Part shown: positions 36,463 to 61,803 of the stretch, piece by piece
Layout: each line of letters starts with the position of its first letter
Numbering within the stretch: position 1 is the first letter of the stretch
NCBI RefSeq assembly: GCF_009914755.1
Contig: NC_060941.1
Origin: the human T2T-CHM13v2.0 reference genome, Homo sapiens
DNA length: 64,000 nucleotides
Strand: one strand, 5' to 3'
Position numbers and translations under genes: made by a program
Notes under the pieces: generated by a model
What the model saw: only the letters and a program-made list of their open reading frames with translations
Databases searched by the model: none
Told to the model about the DNA's origin: nothing

Positions 36463-38819
36463 CTACTGAAGAACAAATAAAAATGATTTGTGTTTTATAA
36501 TTTTATGGAAGAATATATTCATGTAGCTTTGAGAGATTTGAAGATTCTAATAGTTACAGAAATCTTCCCAGATGAAAATTATATTTTATGTCTGAGAATA
36601 TAAGATGAATTATGTTTATACTGTAAGATATCTTTGCAAAGTTCTTGTTACAGTAGAAGTAGATTCTGGACCTCAAAGATATATCAGTTACAATAATAAT
36701 ATGTACTTATGGGGTCTTTTGAGAAATTATAACCTGGTTTGTACTACCTCAGAAAGATTGAGCATTTTCTCCATGACTTATTGGATAATTGGGACTTTTA
36801 AAGATGTAAGAAAGAAAGTTACTGGTATATCACCACTGGAAACTCCTCACATTGCAATTTTCTATAGAGGAAATTTGTTGGCTGTGATGAATATTATATT
36901 TAAGTTTCTACAGTTTTTTAAATTAAATTTTTATTTTGAGAAATTTTCAAACAGAAATATTTTATATAAAAATTATACAGCATCAATAGATAAAGCTGAA
37001 GTATCCTTTATCCTCTCCCCTCCTGCCCCATTTTCTGTCCCCTTTCTTCCTGTAAGAGGCAACCTCTCATGAATTTGGTGTGTGTCCTTTTAACTCATAA
37101 AATCATTATTTCTAAAAACAATGTAATTGCCCTTACTTGGCTAATTATAAACACAAATATGGAAGTTTTGAAAGACTTACTTTCTAGATTCTTTTAGATT
37201 AGTAAATTATTATAATAAGCCTGAAAAACAGAACATTATTCACCAAGTAATTCAACCAAGTAACATATATTCTGTGTTAAATAGCATATTGTCTTTGTAT
37301 TGGTATTAATGTATCTAATTAGTGGCAGGCATCTAGGTCTCTCAAGGAAGGAAGAAGGAGAATTTGGGGAAAAGAACCAATGAAAGAAAGCACAGATTGA
37401 CACTTTGAGAAATGTGTAAAAAATGAGTCAGAGGTTTTTCTCTTGATCTTGGCTGAAAGTATAGCTAGGTCTCAAGTTTGCTTTGATCTTTTTTTGCCTG
37501 GCCCTTACAGAAGCAATGCTTTTTCTTTGTTTCAAAATGAATGGGCAAATATATATACTATACTTGTCAATCTCAGTGTTTTAAGTATTGCCAATTTGAC
37601 ACCAATGTGGCAGAACCAAGTTCAATTTGTTAAGAGTTTAATTTATTCTCCAAATATAAGTTGCTTCTGTTTTATAAATACCTACATAAAAAGCTTAAGT
37701 CCCAGCAATAATTTAATAAAATCCTATGCATCTTGTTTTAAATACTCCTGTGATTCACAGACAATCACAGTTGACTGAACAAAAACCTATATTTAGTAAC
37801 TATTTGAAAGGTACTGTAATTAAGTCTGTTTTAGTTCTAATCATTACTAACACCGTGGATAATGCAGGAAAGGGGGAAAACACAGCTCATCAAAGAAGAG
37901 ACCCATGAGATGGATATAGCTAGTTTAATCATAGTAAAAAAATCCCAAGGATGTTGACACATCTGTACTATCATTAATGAGAGATATAGTACAAAGACTT
38001 CATCTGAAAAGGATGACTTCATGGAGTATCAATGACTTTACATCTCTTCAAAGGATAAAAAGGGTTTATGTTTTTCTGGTGCCTGAATGTTTTAACTTGT
38101 TACATTGACTGCATGATGAGTACTATGGTTTGTGATTTAAATGTATTATGAACATAATTTTTTCTTTGCATCTAAAATTTTGTTTTTGGCTTAAGGAAGA
38201 ACCCAAAATGCTATTCATTCACTGGTAGTATATCTGTGATTTGTAGCATGTTCTATAAAATTTCATCTCCAAGGATAAAAATTTTCTTATATTTGTACAT
38301 AAATAAAACTTTTGTGAGCTTGATTAATTTTTAAAGGAGTTATACTTTTGTTATCCTTAACTTTTAAATTGGAGTATTTTCTTTGTATTAATAGGCAGAA
38401 GACTATAGCCTTAATTTTATCAGTAGGTTAGGAAGCATTTTCCTATATTTAATCTCTATATTGCTTTCAGTTTTTGGCTTTCTTGAAGATAAACAAAATG
38501 TCAATTACTAGGGAATTCTACAATCTGAGAGTGATAATTTGAAATCTGTTATAATGACATAAAGATTTATTTTTTGATATTTTTATAGGAAATGGAAATA
38601 CTGGCAAACTAAAAATATTTGTTTATGGCTACTTGTTATTTCTAATCCTCTTCCTAAAATGTAAGGAATTAAAACTTGAAAATTTATTTATGGAATGGTA
38701 AATTAGAAACTGATAGTAAATCAGAAGACTGACGATAATTAAAACATTATAATATTGGGAAAGTAGCTAAAGAAGACCTTGGAAAATTATTATTAGATGT
38801 CTTCAGGAAGTGGCTGTAA

Positions 38820-41875
<3,056 letters not shown>

Positions 41876-41943
41876 GAGATTAACTTTTAAAATATTTGGG
41901 CTTCAACTTTATTCCCACACACATTTCCAGAACCCTTGGGCTT

Positions 41944-42426
41944 TGGAGGAGTGGCAAAACTCCACTTCCATCCTCTTAGGGTCCCAGCTGGGTCTGAGAA
42001 TTAAATTGACATAAGACATTAACAGGAGAAAAACATACAAATGTATTTAATACAAATTTCACACGGCATGGGAGCCCTCGTAAGGAACTGAAGACCCAAA
42101 GAAGCAGTTACAGTCAATCACTGGTATACTGAATTGGACAAAAAAGTAGCTGTGAAAAAGCAGCTAAATTGTGTGGGGAGGCTTAAAAGATAACAGTTAT
42201 TTTAACAAGGTCTGTACAGAATTCCTTTGGTCTCAACTTCATCCTTGAGGATAAGGATGTTTTATTCCTTTTGGTATAGGGAGGGTGTCTTTCACATGGG
42301 AATTTCATCTCCTGCTTTTAAGAAACAGAAAAGAGGCTAGAAGGATCTTTTTGCACCTGCTGCTTTTCAAGTGCCTTTAATTCAAAATAGTCAATATGTC
42401 AGAGTGGTATATTTTTAACTCCTTCA
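41944..42426 (-). mobile_element. Solo LTR (MER34-like)
   Basis: The minus strand begins TGAAGGAGTTAAAAATATACCACTCTGACATATTGACTATTTTGAA. Perfect 4-bp TSD gctt. Confidence 0.8.
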
Positions 42427-42677
42427 GCTTAAATGGAAGATTCATGTTTTCTTGAAAGGATTAGGAATATGAAGTTTCCTGCAGAATTTTACACCAAAGA
42501 TGTATAAACATAAGAACTTTACCAGAATAGGGCAGTGAGAGTCTGAAACAATCTTTCAGGGAAAATCTGACGATATCTCCTGAACATGTATGTAATCTTT
42601 TGGCTAGACTCACAGACTTCCTAAAAAGTATGATGGTAAGGAGAAAAATTTTTCTTCTGATTCTGTTGTGAAAGAGT

Positions 42678-45866
<3,189 letters not shown>

Positions 45867-46395
45867 AAATAAGAATAGGTGAATAAAAGCCAATTGGGAA
45901 GCCTAAGTACATGGGATGGGGCTTGTAGATTTTCAGTTTTACTGTAGGATGACCTGGTTGGAAGACATTTGTTAGGGAACCTTCTGACTTCAACCCAAAT
46001 TTACCAAAAAAAAATAAAAATAAAAAATTCTAATCTACTGGGCTCAATCGAATCGGGGAAGAGGGCTTCTGATCTTAGAATTCAGCATTCATCTGTGCAT
46101 AGGGTCACTTAGTCTCCTTGTTTTTCAGAATGATACCTGCGTCCTCTACTGTACCTGGTGTCCTCTAATCTCCAGAGAATAAGCTGCAGACTTCTGCCAT
46201 GATTGAGTTATTAGGGAGAGATGGTCACCTGGAGATGTGGAATGGAGGAAGGAAATCTAAGGATCTAACAGCTTCTTAAATATCTTTCATCCAATTTTTC
46301 TTATTTTATCCATTCCACTCCCAACTTACCCCCAGTTCCACAGGTCCATAGTCTTGCCAATTCTTATGCCTTTAGAAAATTCTGTGGTATATATT

Positions 46396-46464
46396 GCTTT
46401 CCTCACTGCCAGTTTAGGACTTGGCTCATTCAGCTTTCCTCACTGCCAGTTTAGGACTTGGCTC
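46396..46464. repeat. Perfect 32-bp direct repeat with a 5-bp spacer
   Basis: gctttcctcactgccagtttaggacttggctc - attca - the same 32-mer. Confidence 0.95.
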
Positions 46465-46694
46465 TCTTTGGTCGGCTAAGTCAGTTACCACTCTGTCATC
46501 TACTTTCTGATTTACAAAAATCTGTTGCTTTTTTTCTTCTTCTCTTTTCCTCCTTATCCTTTGGGATTATGTATTTTAAAATTTGCCTTAATTTTTGTCT
46601 TAGTAGGGTTTCTGAAAGGAGTACATTGAATATTAATATTAGATCTGCCCTCTTATCCTGGGAGTCTCTTATGTTATTTCTTTGATAGAGAGAC

Positions 46695-46945
46695 TGCAGT
46701 ACATAGTAGTTGAGAGTGTGAGTTATAGCACCAGACTGCTTGGGTTTGAACTCTGAGTCTGCCACTTACTAGCTATTAGATTAATCTCTACATTCCTATT
46801 TTCCTCATCTGTAACATGGGGGATAATACTTCCTTTGTAGGGTGACCAGAGAATTAATTAATTAGTTAATTAAAATTAACTTATGTAAAGGACTTAGAGC
46901 AATGCCTTGCACATAGTATACCCTTAATGAATATTCATTATCAAT
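46695..46945 (+). mobile_element. MIR
   Basis: ccagactgcttgggtttgaactctgagtctgccacttactagct...ttttcctcatctgtaacatgggg...cttagagcaatgccttgcacatagta. Confidence 0.8.
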
Positions 46946-47251
46946 ATTATCTTCCCTCTCTTTTCTCTGTCTTATTTTCCTAGAACTCCTGTTAGTAAAA
47001 TATTAATCTCCTTAGATTTATCCTTGAAGTATCTTATTTTTCTTTCATACTTTTCATCTCATGTGTAGTTATACTTTCCTGGGAATTCTTGTAACCTCTG
47101 CTTAATGTCTTATTTTAACAATCTTATTTTATTTATTTTTTTGAGATGGAGTCTTGCTCTTTTGCCCAGGCCGGAGTGCAGTGGCGTGATCTCGGCTCAC
47201 TGCAACCTCTGGCTCCCAGGTTCAAGTGATTCTCTTGCCTCAGCCTCCTGA

Positions 47252-47437
<186 letters not shown>

Positions 47438-49170
47438 TAAATATCAAACAGTTCTTTTGACATCTGATTTTAATCTTTCATGTTAAGGGATTTTCTCACA
47501 TGTCCGATGACCTTTGGTAGTTTGTGCATATTTATTTTAAATTGATTAAAAGCTCTTTAGGAATAAAACTAATTGTGGAGTAAGTAAGGAATAAGCCTTA
47601 CTTTTGGGTGTTAGGATGGACATAATTATTATTATGAAGAGGATCTTTTCTCTCAGATTGTGCAATGCCTCCAAAAAGACTTTCAATTTCTCGCCTGGGC
47701 AATAAAGTGGAAGTGTTTCGGGTCAGTGGTGGGGTGGAGTGGGAGAGTGGGTAGGGGAATTAAGTCCCACCCTTTGGTATTTCAAGAAATCCATTTGTTT
47801 TCTATCTATCTGTCCTACGTCTACTCTATTTTGCCTAGTGTCCTCATGTCTGGAATACCCCTCTTCAATTTCTCAAGAGGATACACTGCCATTCTCCAAC
47901 CAAGTCAGGGGTGTATACACTTAGCTGCTAGCATTCTACACATGGGAGTAGGGAGGAGAATCAACTGTTCACATACACAGACTTTTATCCTGGTTTTTCA
48001 CTTTGTGCTTCCTCACTACCCACTGGGTACTTCCAAGGTCAGAGGTTTTCCCAGATTCTTTGGGGGTGAATTGGCTTTCTTCTCACCAATGTCCCCCTTT
48101 GTAATTTCCTGAGATTATAGCTTCCTCCACTATAACAAGTCAGATACCACTCCTCCATTTGTTCTCCCTTTTCTAAAAATATGTTATCCACTGTAAAACA
48201 TGCTATGTACTCCCTCTTCTATTTGATTGTCCTTGAGGATTTAAACCTTTTAAATTATGTTGCCATCATTTTATTAGGGGAGCAGAGAAATACATATGCT
48301 TGATCTTCCTTTTCTTTTTGACAGAAGTCATCAGATGAATGTTATTTTAAAATATTATTGCATTTAACTATACTATTTAATTATATAATGAGCTGGCATT
48401 CCCTAGTACACCTGGAAAAAGTAGTCCAGATTTGTTCATATAGATGTAGAGTTTGGCTGCCATGACCACACCCTCCTCTTTATAACAAGCAAGTGGTAGT
48501 GAACAAACTCAGGTCACAGGATCCAATGGAAAGAGTTTGAATTCCCATAGCCGGGGCAGGTTCCTTTACCTATGGTTAATGTTCTAGAGCTTGACTTTCC
48601 CCATCTCTGCTAGAAACAGACTTTACTCAGCCACAATTCCATTTTCTTTTATTTCCCCTTTTGCCTTTACTAGCTTGAATTACTGGCATTAACTGAGGAT
48701 TCTTCTTCTCTGACATACAAGAAAGATAAGGTCCATTTGGTACACTCTGAACATCCATACAGTGGAATACTACTAAGCAATTAAAAAGAACAAATGATGC
48801 ATGCTTTAACATCTGTGAACTTCAGAAACATTACGCTAAGTGAAAGAGCCACATGCAAAAGATTACATATGAAAGGTTGAGAAAGAGCATATCTATGGAG
48901 ATAGAAAGCAAGTTAGTAGTTGCCTGAGGCTGGGATGCCTAGTGGTGGGGAGACTGTGCATGTGTAGGGGCAAAGAGCATATGGGAACTCTCTGTACTTC
49001 TTCAGTTTTGCTGTGAACCTAAAACTGCTCTTAAAAAGTCTATTAAAAATATATTTTAAAATGTCCTCAAATAGGAATTACACTTTAAATTATAAAAATG
49101 TTAGCACTGCATATATAAAGCTCTGTGCATCCTAGGTAGCAAATTTAAACAAAATTACTATAGCATTTAA

Positions 49171-49356
<186 letters not shown>

Positions 49357-49559
49357 TGAGTAGCTGAGATTACAGGCATGCGCCACCATGCCCAGCTAAT
49401 TTTTTTGTATTTTTAGTAGAGACGGGGTTTCTCCATGTTGGTCAGGCTGGTCTTGAACTCCCGACCTCAGGTGATCTGCCCGTCTCGGCCTCCCAATGTG
49501 CTGAGATTACAGGCGTGAGCCACTGCACCTGGCCCCGATTTTTATTCTTAAAAGTAAAG

Positions 49560-50310
49560 AACTGAAATAAGTGAATGCATGAATGATATGGCTATCTGGG
49601 TGAAAAGCTTTCTAGGCAGAGGAATCAATAAGTATAGAGACAGTTAGGTAAGAGAATGCTCAGCAGGTTTGAGGAATGACAGAGAGATTTGTGTGACTTG
49701 GAACAAAAGTGAAAGAATAGTATTACAAAACAAAATCAGAGAGCTGGCAGTGTATTAGATCAAGTAGGGTCTTGTAAGCCATGGTCAGGATTTTGAATTT
49801 TTCCCTGAGTGAGATGGGAAGGCTGAGCAGAGGAAGGACATGATCTGATTTGCATTTTTAATGGATCATTCTGGGTGCTGTGTGGAGACTAGAGTAGGAG
49901 GAAAGAATGTAGAAAAGGGGAAAGAATTAGTAGTAGTTGTCCAGGTGAGAAATAATGATAGCTTAGATCAGGGAAGTAGTCTTGAGGCAGTAATAAGTGG
50001 TCAGGTTCTGGATATATTTTGAGAGAAGAAGCAATAGGACTTGTTTATGTGGTGTACGTGAAGGGAAGAATCAAGGAAGCATAAATTCAATGATTTTGAC
50101 TAGAGCAACTGGAAGAATGGAATTGCCCCTTACTAAGATGGAGAAGAGCAAGCTTAAAGGGAAAAATCAAGAGATTGGTTTTAGACACTTAAGATTACCT
50201 GTTCAAGTGGAAATATTGAGCATGTATGGTTAGATGTAAGAACCTGAAGTTCAGAAGAGAGGTATGACTGGAAGATACAAATTTAAGCATTGGCTGTAAG
50301 TAAATGGTAT
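49560..50310 (-). mobile_element. L2 fragment
   Basis: L2-like gagcagaggaaggacatgatctgatttgcatttttaatggatcattctgggtgctgtgtggaga...gtccaggtgagaaataatg. Confidence 0.7.
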
Positions 50311-51449
50311 CCATGGAACTGGCTTTACAATTACGCACTATACATACAATGAAAACTTCGTCTGTTTTTTTTTTCTTTTTCCTTGCATTATGGAATATTG
50401 ATGTCTTGTTCCCTTTTGGACTCTTCTCTCTTTTTTTTTTTTTTTTTTTTGAGACAGAGTCTTGTTCTGTCATCCAGGCTAGAGTGCAGAGGCTCAATCT
50501 TGGCTCACTGCAACCTCCACCTCCTGATTCAAGTGATTCTCCTGCCTCAGCCTCCCGAGTAGCTGGGATTACAGGTGCCCACCACTGCGCCTGGCTAATT
50601 TTTGTATTTTTAGTAGAGACGGGGTTTCTTCATCTTGGCCAGGCTGGTCTCAAACTCCTGACCTTTCTACTTGCCTTGGCCTCCCAAAGTGCTGGGATTA
50701 CAGGCGTGAGCCACCACACCCGGCCAGGACTCTTCTCTTTAAACAATGATTTTTCACCCTCATTTATTTCCTGTTTTAAAATAGAATTTGAAATCAGCAG
50801 AAAACTTTTGGCATTGTCAACCTCATCAGTTTCTGCAAATTATCTTCCAAAACTACAAATGGATATTTAAAATTCATAATATGTAGCTCTTAATTATTAG
50901 ATAGTTGAATGTCATTTAAGAGGTGCAGGCCATTCAGCAAGAGATAGAAAAAGTGTCATTATGAATTTAAAATTTAACATTTTAGACAGGTATGGATTTA
51001 TGGCATCATTCTCAATCATGACTTCAGGGTCTATGTGTTCTCTTAGGTTCATTTCTTTAATTTTCTCTATTTTAATGTAAAGGAAATGTGAAAATTTGAA
51101 TTACATTCTTCAAAGTTATTAGAATCATTATAACAGGAAGTGTTAATGTTAAAAAGTCTTTATCAAGACCTAATATTAAATTATATAACTTGCTTGTTCT
51201 ACTTTTCTATAAAGGTTAACCTTATACCAACTTAACTGCTTAAGGATATTACCTGCTTCTTTTTCATTATAATGAGCAAATCTGTGTGTGGGAGTTCATA
51301 CAGTATTTGTTCATTGGAATCACTTTCAGAAAATGACAGTTCAGTTCTGTTAATTGATTGAAGAAAGCTTTTTAAAAATCATTTTAGGCCAGGTGCGGTG
51401 GCTCACACCTGTAATCCCAGCACTTTGGGAGGCTGAGGCAGGCGAATCA

Positions 51450-51728
<279 letters not shown>

Positions 51729-52075
51729 CTATCCACAATTATACTTAGTAGAAATGCTAAATTGGTAAAATTATGCCACATCTCCTTCTGTAAATTTCTA
51801 CTCTACTCTTATGTGGTTGCAAGTACATAGCTATCTTTATGTGAGATATTACTGCCCTTGCTAGAAACCTCAAAATACCTCATAATACCAAGCTTATTTT
51901 TAAAGTGATGGTTTTAAAGGCTATGCATAATAAGCTTCAGTTGTCTTCAGTATAGTTGATTATTCATTACTTATTCAGCATGAGGTAATATGCTATGTGT
52001 ATCTAATCAAAGTAATCAGTGGTTTCTATAAATAAATTGTAGTCGAAGAAGCATGTTAATTAGTAAATAAACACA

Positions 52076-52685
52076 CAGTTGCTTCTCAATTTACATTAGT
52101 TATGTTCCGTAAAGTTACCACAAACACTGAATCAGTGAATATAGAAGCATTGCTCCTAGAGGAAATAGAGGGTTAGGTTCCTGTGAGCCTCTGTTCATGA
52201 CATTTTTATCAACCAGTCAATACAACCTTGTTTTATATGTGTTTCTGCTTAAAGATACCGTATTAAATATATATTGTTGATTCATTAACACTGAACTCAA
52301 GGCCAAGAGTTAAGATTATTTAACACAACTATTTTTTTCATAAGGCACCTCATAACCTTCTTATGTGTCAGAACACTAGATAGCATATCAGCATTATGCA
52401 TGGGGAACGTTGTAAACAGCAAGGTTATCAGCACAAAGCATAAAAATGCGAAAAACATAGCGTGAAAGAGACTGAGAAAAGGACGCTGTGAGAGCTAAAA
52501 CAAGAAGGCAAAACAAACATTACTTTGACCTGAGCTGGGAATGTGTGCTTCAGGTAACTCAAATTTTTACCACTCTGTACATGTCCATGAATGACTGTGA
52601 AAGTATTGACTTAGGGGTTACAAATAAATTTTAGTGACTATGTGGATTTGCAAATACAGACCCTGCATATAATGAGGATCAACTG
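52076..52685 (+). mobile_element. MER82-like non-autonomous TcMar-Tigger element
   Basis: TIR-like ends cagttg...tctca / tgaggatcaactg followed by TA. Internal ccattgctcctag-like / gggttaggttcctgtgagcctctg motif. Confidence 0.78.
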
Positions 52686-53057
52686 TATGTATGTGTGTAT
52701 ATAAACATACACACATATATATATATACATGAATGTTTTTTCATTCCTGCCTGGAATGCATTTTAATCTCTTTTCTATCTGTTGTATTCTCACTATTCAG
52801 CTCCCAGCTTGGATGTTATCCTATCTCAGAAACCTTTCCCAGCTCTCTTAAATACTCATTGAGTATGATCTCATATCCCTGTGTACACGCCTTGTATAAT
52901 ATTTTTCACATTTTGTGTTAATTCTTTACCAGGATTCTTTAAACTGTGAGCTCCATAATGGCAAGGACCTTTTCTCATTTACCTCTGTATTCTTAGTACT
53001 TAACACAGGGACTAACACACAGTTGAAATTAAATAATTTTTTTTTCTTTTTTTTTGA

Positions 53058-53198
<141 letters not shown>

Positions 53199-53352
53199 TA
53201 ATTTTGTATTTTTAGTAAAGATGGGGTTTCTCCATGTTGGTCAGGGTGGTCTCAAACCCCCGACCTCAGGTGATCTGCCTGCCTTGGCCTCCCAAAGTTT
53301 TGGGATTACAGGCATGAGCCACTCGCACCTGGTGAAATTAAATAAATTTTAA

Positions 53353-53518
<166 letters not shown>

Positions 53519-53862
53519 TAGCTGGGGTTACAGGTGCATGCCACCATGCCCAGCTAATTTTTGTATTTTTTTAGTAGAGACGGGGTTTCACCATATTGGC
53601 CAGGCTGGTCTCGAACTCCTGACCTTGTCACCCACCCATCTCAACTGCCCAAAGTGTTGGGATTACAGGCATGAGCCAACGCGCCTGGCTGGATATATAT
53701 CATTTTAATGAGTCTATCTTAATTCAAAATTGCAGACTATAGGAAATGGAAATGTTACACATTTTATACCAGTAAATATCTCATGATCTCTATTTTTGTT
53801 GGTTCTTTTTCCTTTGGATGAAGCTGCTCTATTTGGAAAGGAACATATAATGAACCATATAA

Positions 53863-54234
<372 letters not shown>

Positions 54235-54677
54235 TAGCACAGAAATGCACTAGGCTCTGTACCAAACTATACAGATTCTAAACTGCAGAGGAGAAAATTT
54301 ATACTTAGGTAAAAATTAGGATACATGCTTGTGTTACATTTTAATTTTGAAATATTTCAAGGCCGGCATGGTGGCTCATGCCTATAATCCTAGCAATTTG
54401 GGAGGCTGAAGCAGGAGGATTGCTTGAGGCCATGAGTTTGAGACCAGCTGGGCAAACATAGCAAGACCCCCATCTCTACAAAAAATTTAAAGTAGCTAGG
54501 AATGTTGGTGCATGCCTATATTCCCAGCTACTCAGGAGGCTGAGGCAACAGGATTGCCTGAGCCCAATAATTGGAGGTTGCAGTAAGCCACGATCACACC
54601 ACTGCACTCCAGCCTGGGTGACAGAGCAAGAGAAACCCTGTCTCAAAAAAATAATAATAATAAAATGATAAAATAAT

Positions 54678-55856
54678 AAATAAATTTCTGCGCTGCAGAG
54701 GACACTGTCAGGAAACTGAGAAGGCAAGCTACAGACTGGGAGAAAATATTTGCAAAAGACATATCTGATAAAAGCATGTTAGCCAAAATATACAAAGAAC
54801 TCTTAAAACAATAAGAAAATGGACAACCCAATTTAAACATGGGCAAAAGACCTGAACACACACTTTACCAAAGAAGTACAGACACTTTACCAAAACAAAT
54901 TTTTATATGGCAAATAAACATATGAAAAAATGCTCAACATCGATATGTGTTAGCAAATTGAAACAATAATGAGATAACACTACACACCTATTAGAATGAT
55001 AAAAATCCAAAACCTTGACAACACCAAATGCTGACAAGGATGCGGAGCAACAAAAACTCTCATTCATTGCTGGTTGGAAGACAAAATGGTACAGCCACTT
55101 TGGAAGAAGTTTGGCAATTTCTCACAAAATGAAATGTACTCTTACCATATGATCCAGCAATCATATTCATTGGTTTTTACCCAAATGATTTAAAAACTTA
55201 TGCCCGCAAAAAATACTGCACAGAAGTGCTTATAGCAACTTTATTCATAATTATCACAACTTGGAAGCAACCAAGATGTCCTTTAGTAGGTGAATGGATA
55301 AACAAACGGTGGTGCATCCAGACAATGGAATATTATTTAGCACTGAAAAGAAATGAGTCATCGAGCCATGAAAGACATGGAGTAAGCTTAAATGCATATT
55401 ACTTAGTGAAAGAAGCCAATTTGAAAAGGATGCCTATTGTATGATTGCAACTATATAACATACTGGAAAAAGACAAAACTGTGGAGACAACAAACAGATC
55501 AGTGGTTTTCAAGTATTGAGGAGAGGGATGAGTTGGCAGAACCCAGAGGATTTTTAGGGCATTGAAGCTATTCTGTAGAATGCTATAAAGATGGATATAT
55601 GTTATTATACATTTATCAAAACCCACAGAACATTCATCAAGAGTGAACCTTAGTGTAAACTATGGACTTTGGGTAATAATGATGTGGAATTTGGGTCAAT
55701 GTGTGTTCATTGATTATAACAAATGTACCACTCTGTTATGGGCTGTCGATAGGGAGGGAGGCTGGTGGGTGTGTGGGCACAGGGATTATATGGGAACTCT
55801 CTGTACTTTATGCTTAATTTTGCTGTGAACCTAAGACTGCTCTTAAAGTCTGTTTT
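54678..55856 (+). mobile_element. L1MC-type 3' end
   Basis: ORF2 tail (IATLFIIITTWKQPRCPLVGEWINK) and a 3' UTR ending ttttgctgtgaacctaagactgctcttaaagtct. Confidence 0.82.
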
Positions 55857-56360
<504 letters not shown>

Positions 56361-56399
56361 TAATGAAGTCTATTTTTTAAAAAATTGATTCAAGAGGCA

Positions 56400-56695
56400 A
56401 ATTTAATAAAATTAGTGATTATTACCATTTTATCAAGAATATTCTTAACATTCTTAAGTGAAGCTGGATTTAAAGCATTTTTTTTCTGCAAGTGAATGAT
56501 AGTAAAACATGCCATGACTGCTAGTATAGTTTGGTGACACTGCATGGATTTGGATTTGTGTTCAGGTGCCAGCAGTTTTACCCATAATTGATTTTGCACC
56601 ATCAGTGAAAATGTCACCACAATAACTTCTTAGTATTATTATGAAAATAGTTCTGACTATTTTCAAGAAGGATCTTAGGGACCCATAGGGCTCCC
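56400..56695 (-). mobile_element. hAT Charlie1-like fragment
   Basis: ttttgcaccatcagtgaaaatgtcacc and tcttagtattattatgaaaatagtt resemble Charlie1. The minus strand encodes a degenerate T-D-G-A transposase motif. Confidence 0.65.
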
Positions 56696-57981
56696 TTCAG
56701 GAGCTTCATTGATCTTTCCCATGTATATTTTCCATATACACACACACATACATATACACACAAACACACATACACACATTATTTAAATATATTAAACCAT
56801 TATAATTGTTTAATGTTTTTTTAATAATATACTCCTTATTCTTTTTACAACTTATATTTTTTGTATTTGAAATTTATTTGAAATTTATTCGAGTTGATGT
56901 ATTTAGCTCTAGATCATTCATTTCAACTGTTCTGGAGTAAAACATTGTTTGATAATACAGACATTCCTCATTTTATTGTGCTTTGCTTTATTGCTCTTCA
57001 CAGATGCTACATTTTTTCACAGATTCAAGGTCTGTGGCAACTCTATGTTCAACAAGTCCGTTGGCACCACTTTTTCAACAGCGTGTGATCACTTCATGTC
57101 TCTGTCACATTTTGGTAATTCTTGCAATATCCCAAACTTCTTATTATTATTATATCTGTTATGGCCATCTGTAGTCGGTGATCTTTGATGTTATTATTGT
57201 AATTTTGGGGGGTGGCACCACAAACTGCACCCATATAAGACAGCGAACTTAATAAATATTGTGTGTTCTGACTGTTTCACCAACTGGCTGTTTCCCCATC
57301 CCTCTCTCCCCTTTCCTTGGGTTTCTCTGTTCCCTGAGACACAACACTATTGAAATTAGGCCAGTTAATAACCCTACAATGGGCTAAACGTTCAAGTGAA
57401 AGGAAAAGTCACGTCTCTCACTTTAATTCAAAAGCTAGAAATGATTAAGTTTAGTGAGGAAAACATGTCAAAATCCAAAACAGGCCAAATGCTAGGGCTC
57501 TTGCACTAAAGTTACCTGAGTTGTGAATGCAAAGGAAAAGTTCTTGAAAAAAATTACTCCAGTGAGCTCATGAATGATAAGAAAGTGAAACAGGCCCTGT
57601 GTGATGGCTCATGCCTGTAATTCCAAAACTTTGGGAGGCTGAAGTGGGAAGATCACTTGAGCCCAGGAGTTTGTGACCAGTGCTGGCAACAGTGAGACCC
57701 CCATCTCTACAAAAAATAAAAATAAAAAAATAGATGAGCATGGTAACACATACCTGTACTCTCAGCTACTCGGGAGGCTTAGGTGGGGGTACTGCTTGAG
57801 CTGGGAGATCAAGACTAAAGCGAACCATAGCGACACGACTGCACTTCAGCCTGGGTGACAGAGCGAGACCGTGTCTCAAAAAAGAAAAGGAGGCCGGGCG
57901 CAGTGGCTCACGCCTGTAATCCCAGCACTTTGGGAGGCTGAGGTGGGCATATCACGAGGTCAGGAGATCGAGACCATCCTA

Positions 57982-58244
<263 letters not shown>

Positions 58245-58354
58245 TTAGTGGTCTGAAGAGAAGATTGAACCAGAAGCAAAATTCCCTTAAGCCAAAGCCT
58301 AATCCAGAGCAAGGCCCTAACTCTCTTCAATTGTACAAAGTATGAGAGAGGTCA

Positions 58355-58744
<390 letters not shown>

Positions 58745-59294
58745 TTAAAAGTGCACAGTGAAGCAGCAAGTGCTGAGGTAGACCCTGCAGCATTATCCAA
58801 AAGATCTAGCTAAGATCATTTATGAAGGTGGCTACACTAGACAACAGACTTTCAATGTAGACAAAACAGCCTTCTATTGAAAGAAGATGCTATCTGGGAC
58901 TTTCATAACTACAGAGGATAAGTCAATGCTTGGCTTCAAAGCTTCAAAGGACAGGCTGACTCTCTTGTCAGGGGCTAATGCAGCTGGTAACTTTAAATTG
59001 AAGTCCATCCTCATTTAACACTCTGAAATTCCTAGGGCCCTTAAGAATTATGCTAAATCTACTCTGCTTGTGCTCTGTAAATGGAACTGAAAGGCCTGGA
59101 TGACAGCACATCTGTTTATAGCATGTTTTACTGAATATTTTAAGCCCACTGTTGAGACCTACTGCTCAGAAAAAAAGATTCCTTTGAAAATGCTACTGCC
59201 GGCCGGGCGCGGTGGCTCACGCCTGTAATCCCAACACTTTGGGAGGCTGAGGCTGGTGGATCACGAGGTCAGGAGATCGAGACCATCCTGGCTA

Positions 59295-59507
<213 letters not shown>

Positions 59508-59777
59508 CTACTGCCAATTGGTAATGCAATGCACCTGGTCACCCAAGAGCTCTGATGGAGATGTACAAGGAAATTAATGTTTTCATGTTTATTAACACAA
59601 CATCCCCATTCTGCAGACCATGGATCAAAGAGTAATTTTGACATTTAAGTCATGTTTTAAGAGAAACATTTTATAAGGTATATTTGCCTTAGTGATTCCT
59701 CTAATGGATATAGGCAAATACGTTGAAAACTTTCTGGAAAGGATTCACCATTCTAGATGTCATTAAGTACATTTGTG

Positions 59778-61803
<2,026 letters not shown>

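Noticed and set aside
36605-37072. 155-aa ORF in AT-rich DNA
   Set aside because: Low-complexity AT-driven composition, no recognisable domain or splice structure, and the 3' part looks like a decayed L1 end.
46396-46464. CRISPR-like 32-bp direct repeats
   Set aside because: Only two copies with a 5-bp spacer, no cas genes, and a primate nuclear context.
47660-48112. 150-aa ORF
   Set aside because: Non-ATG start, no recognisable motif, and it lies in degenerate repeat-like sequence.
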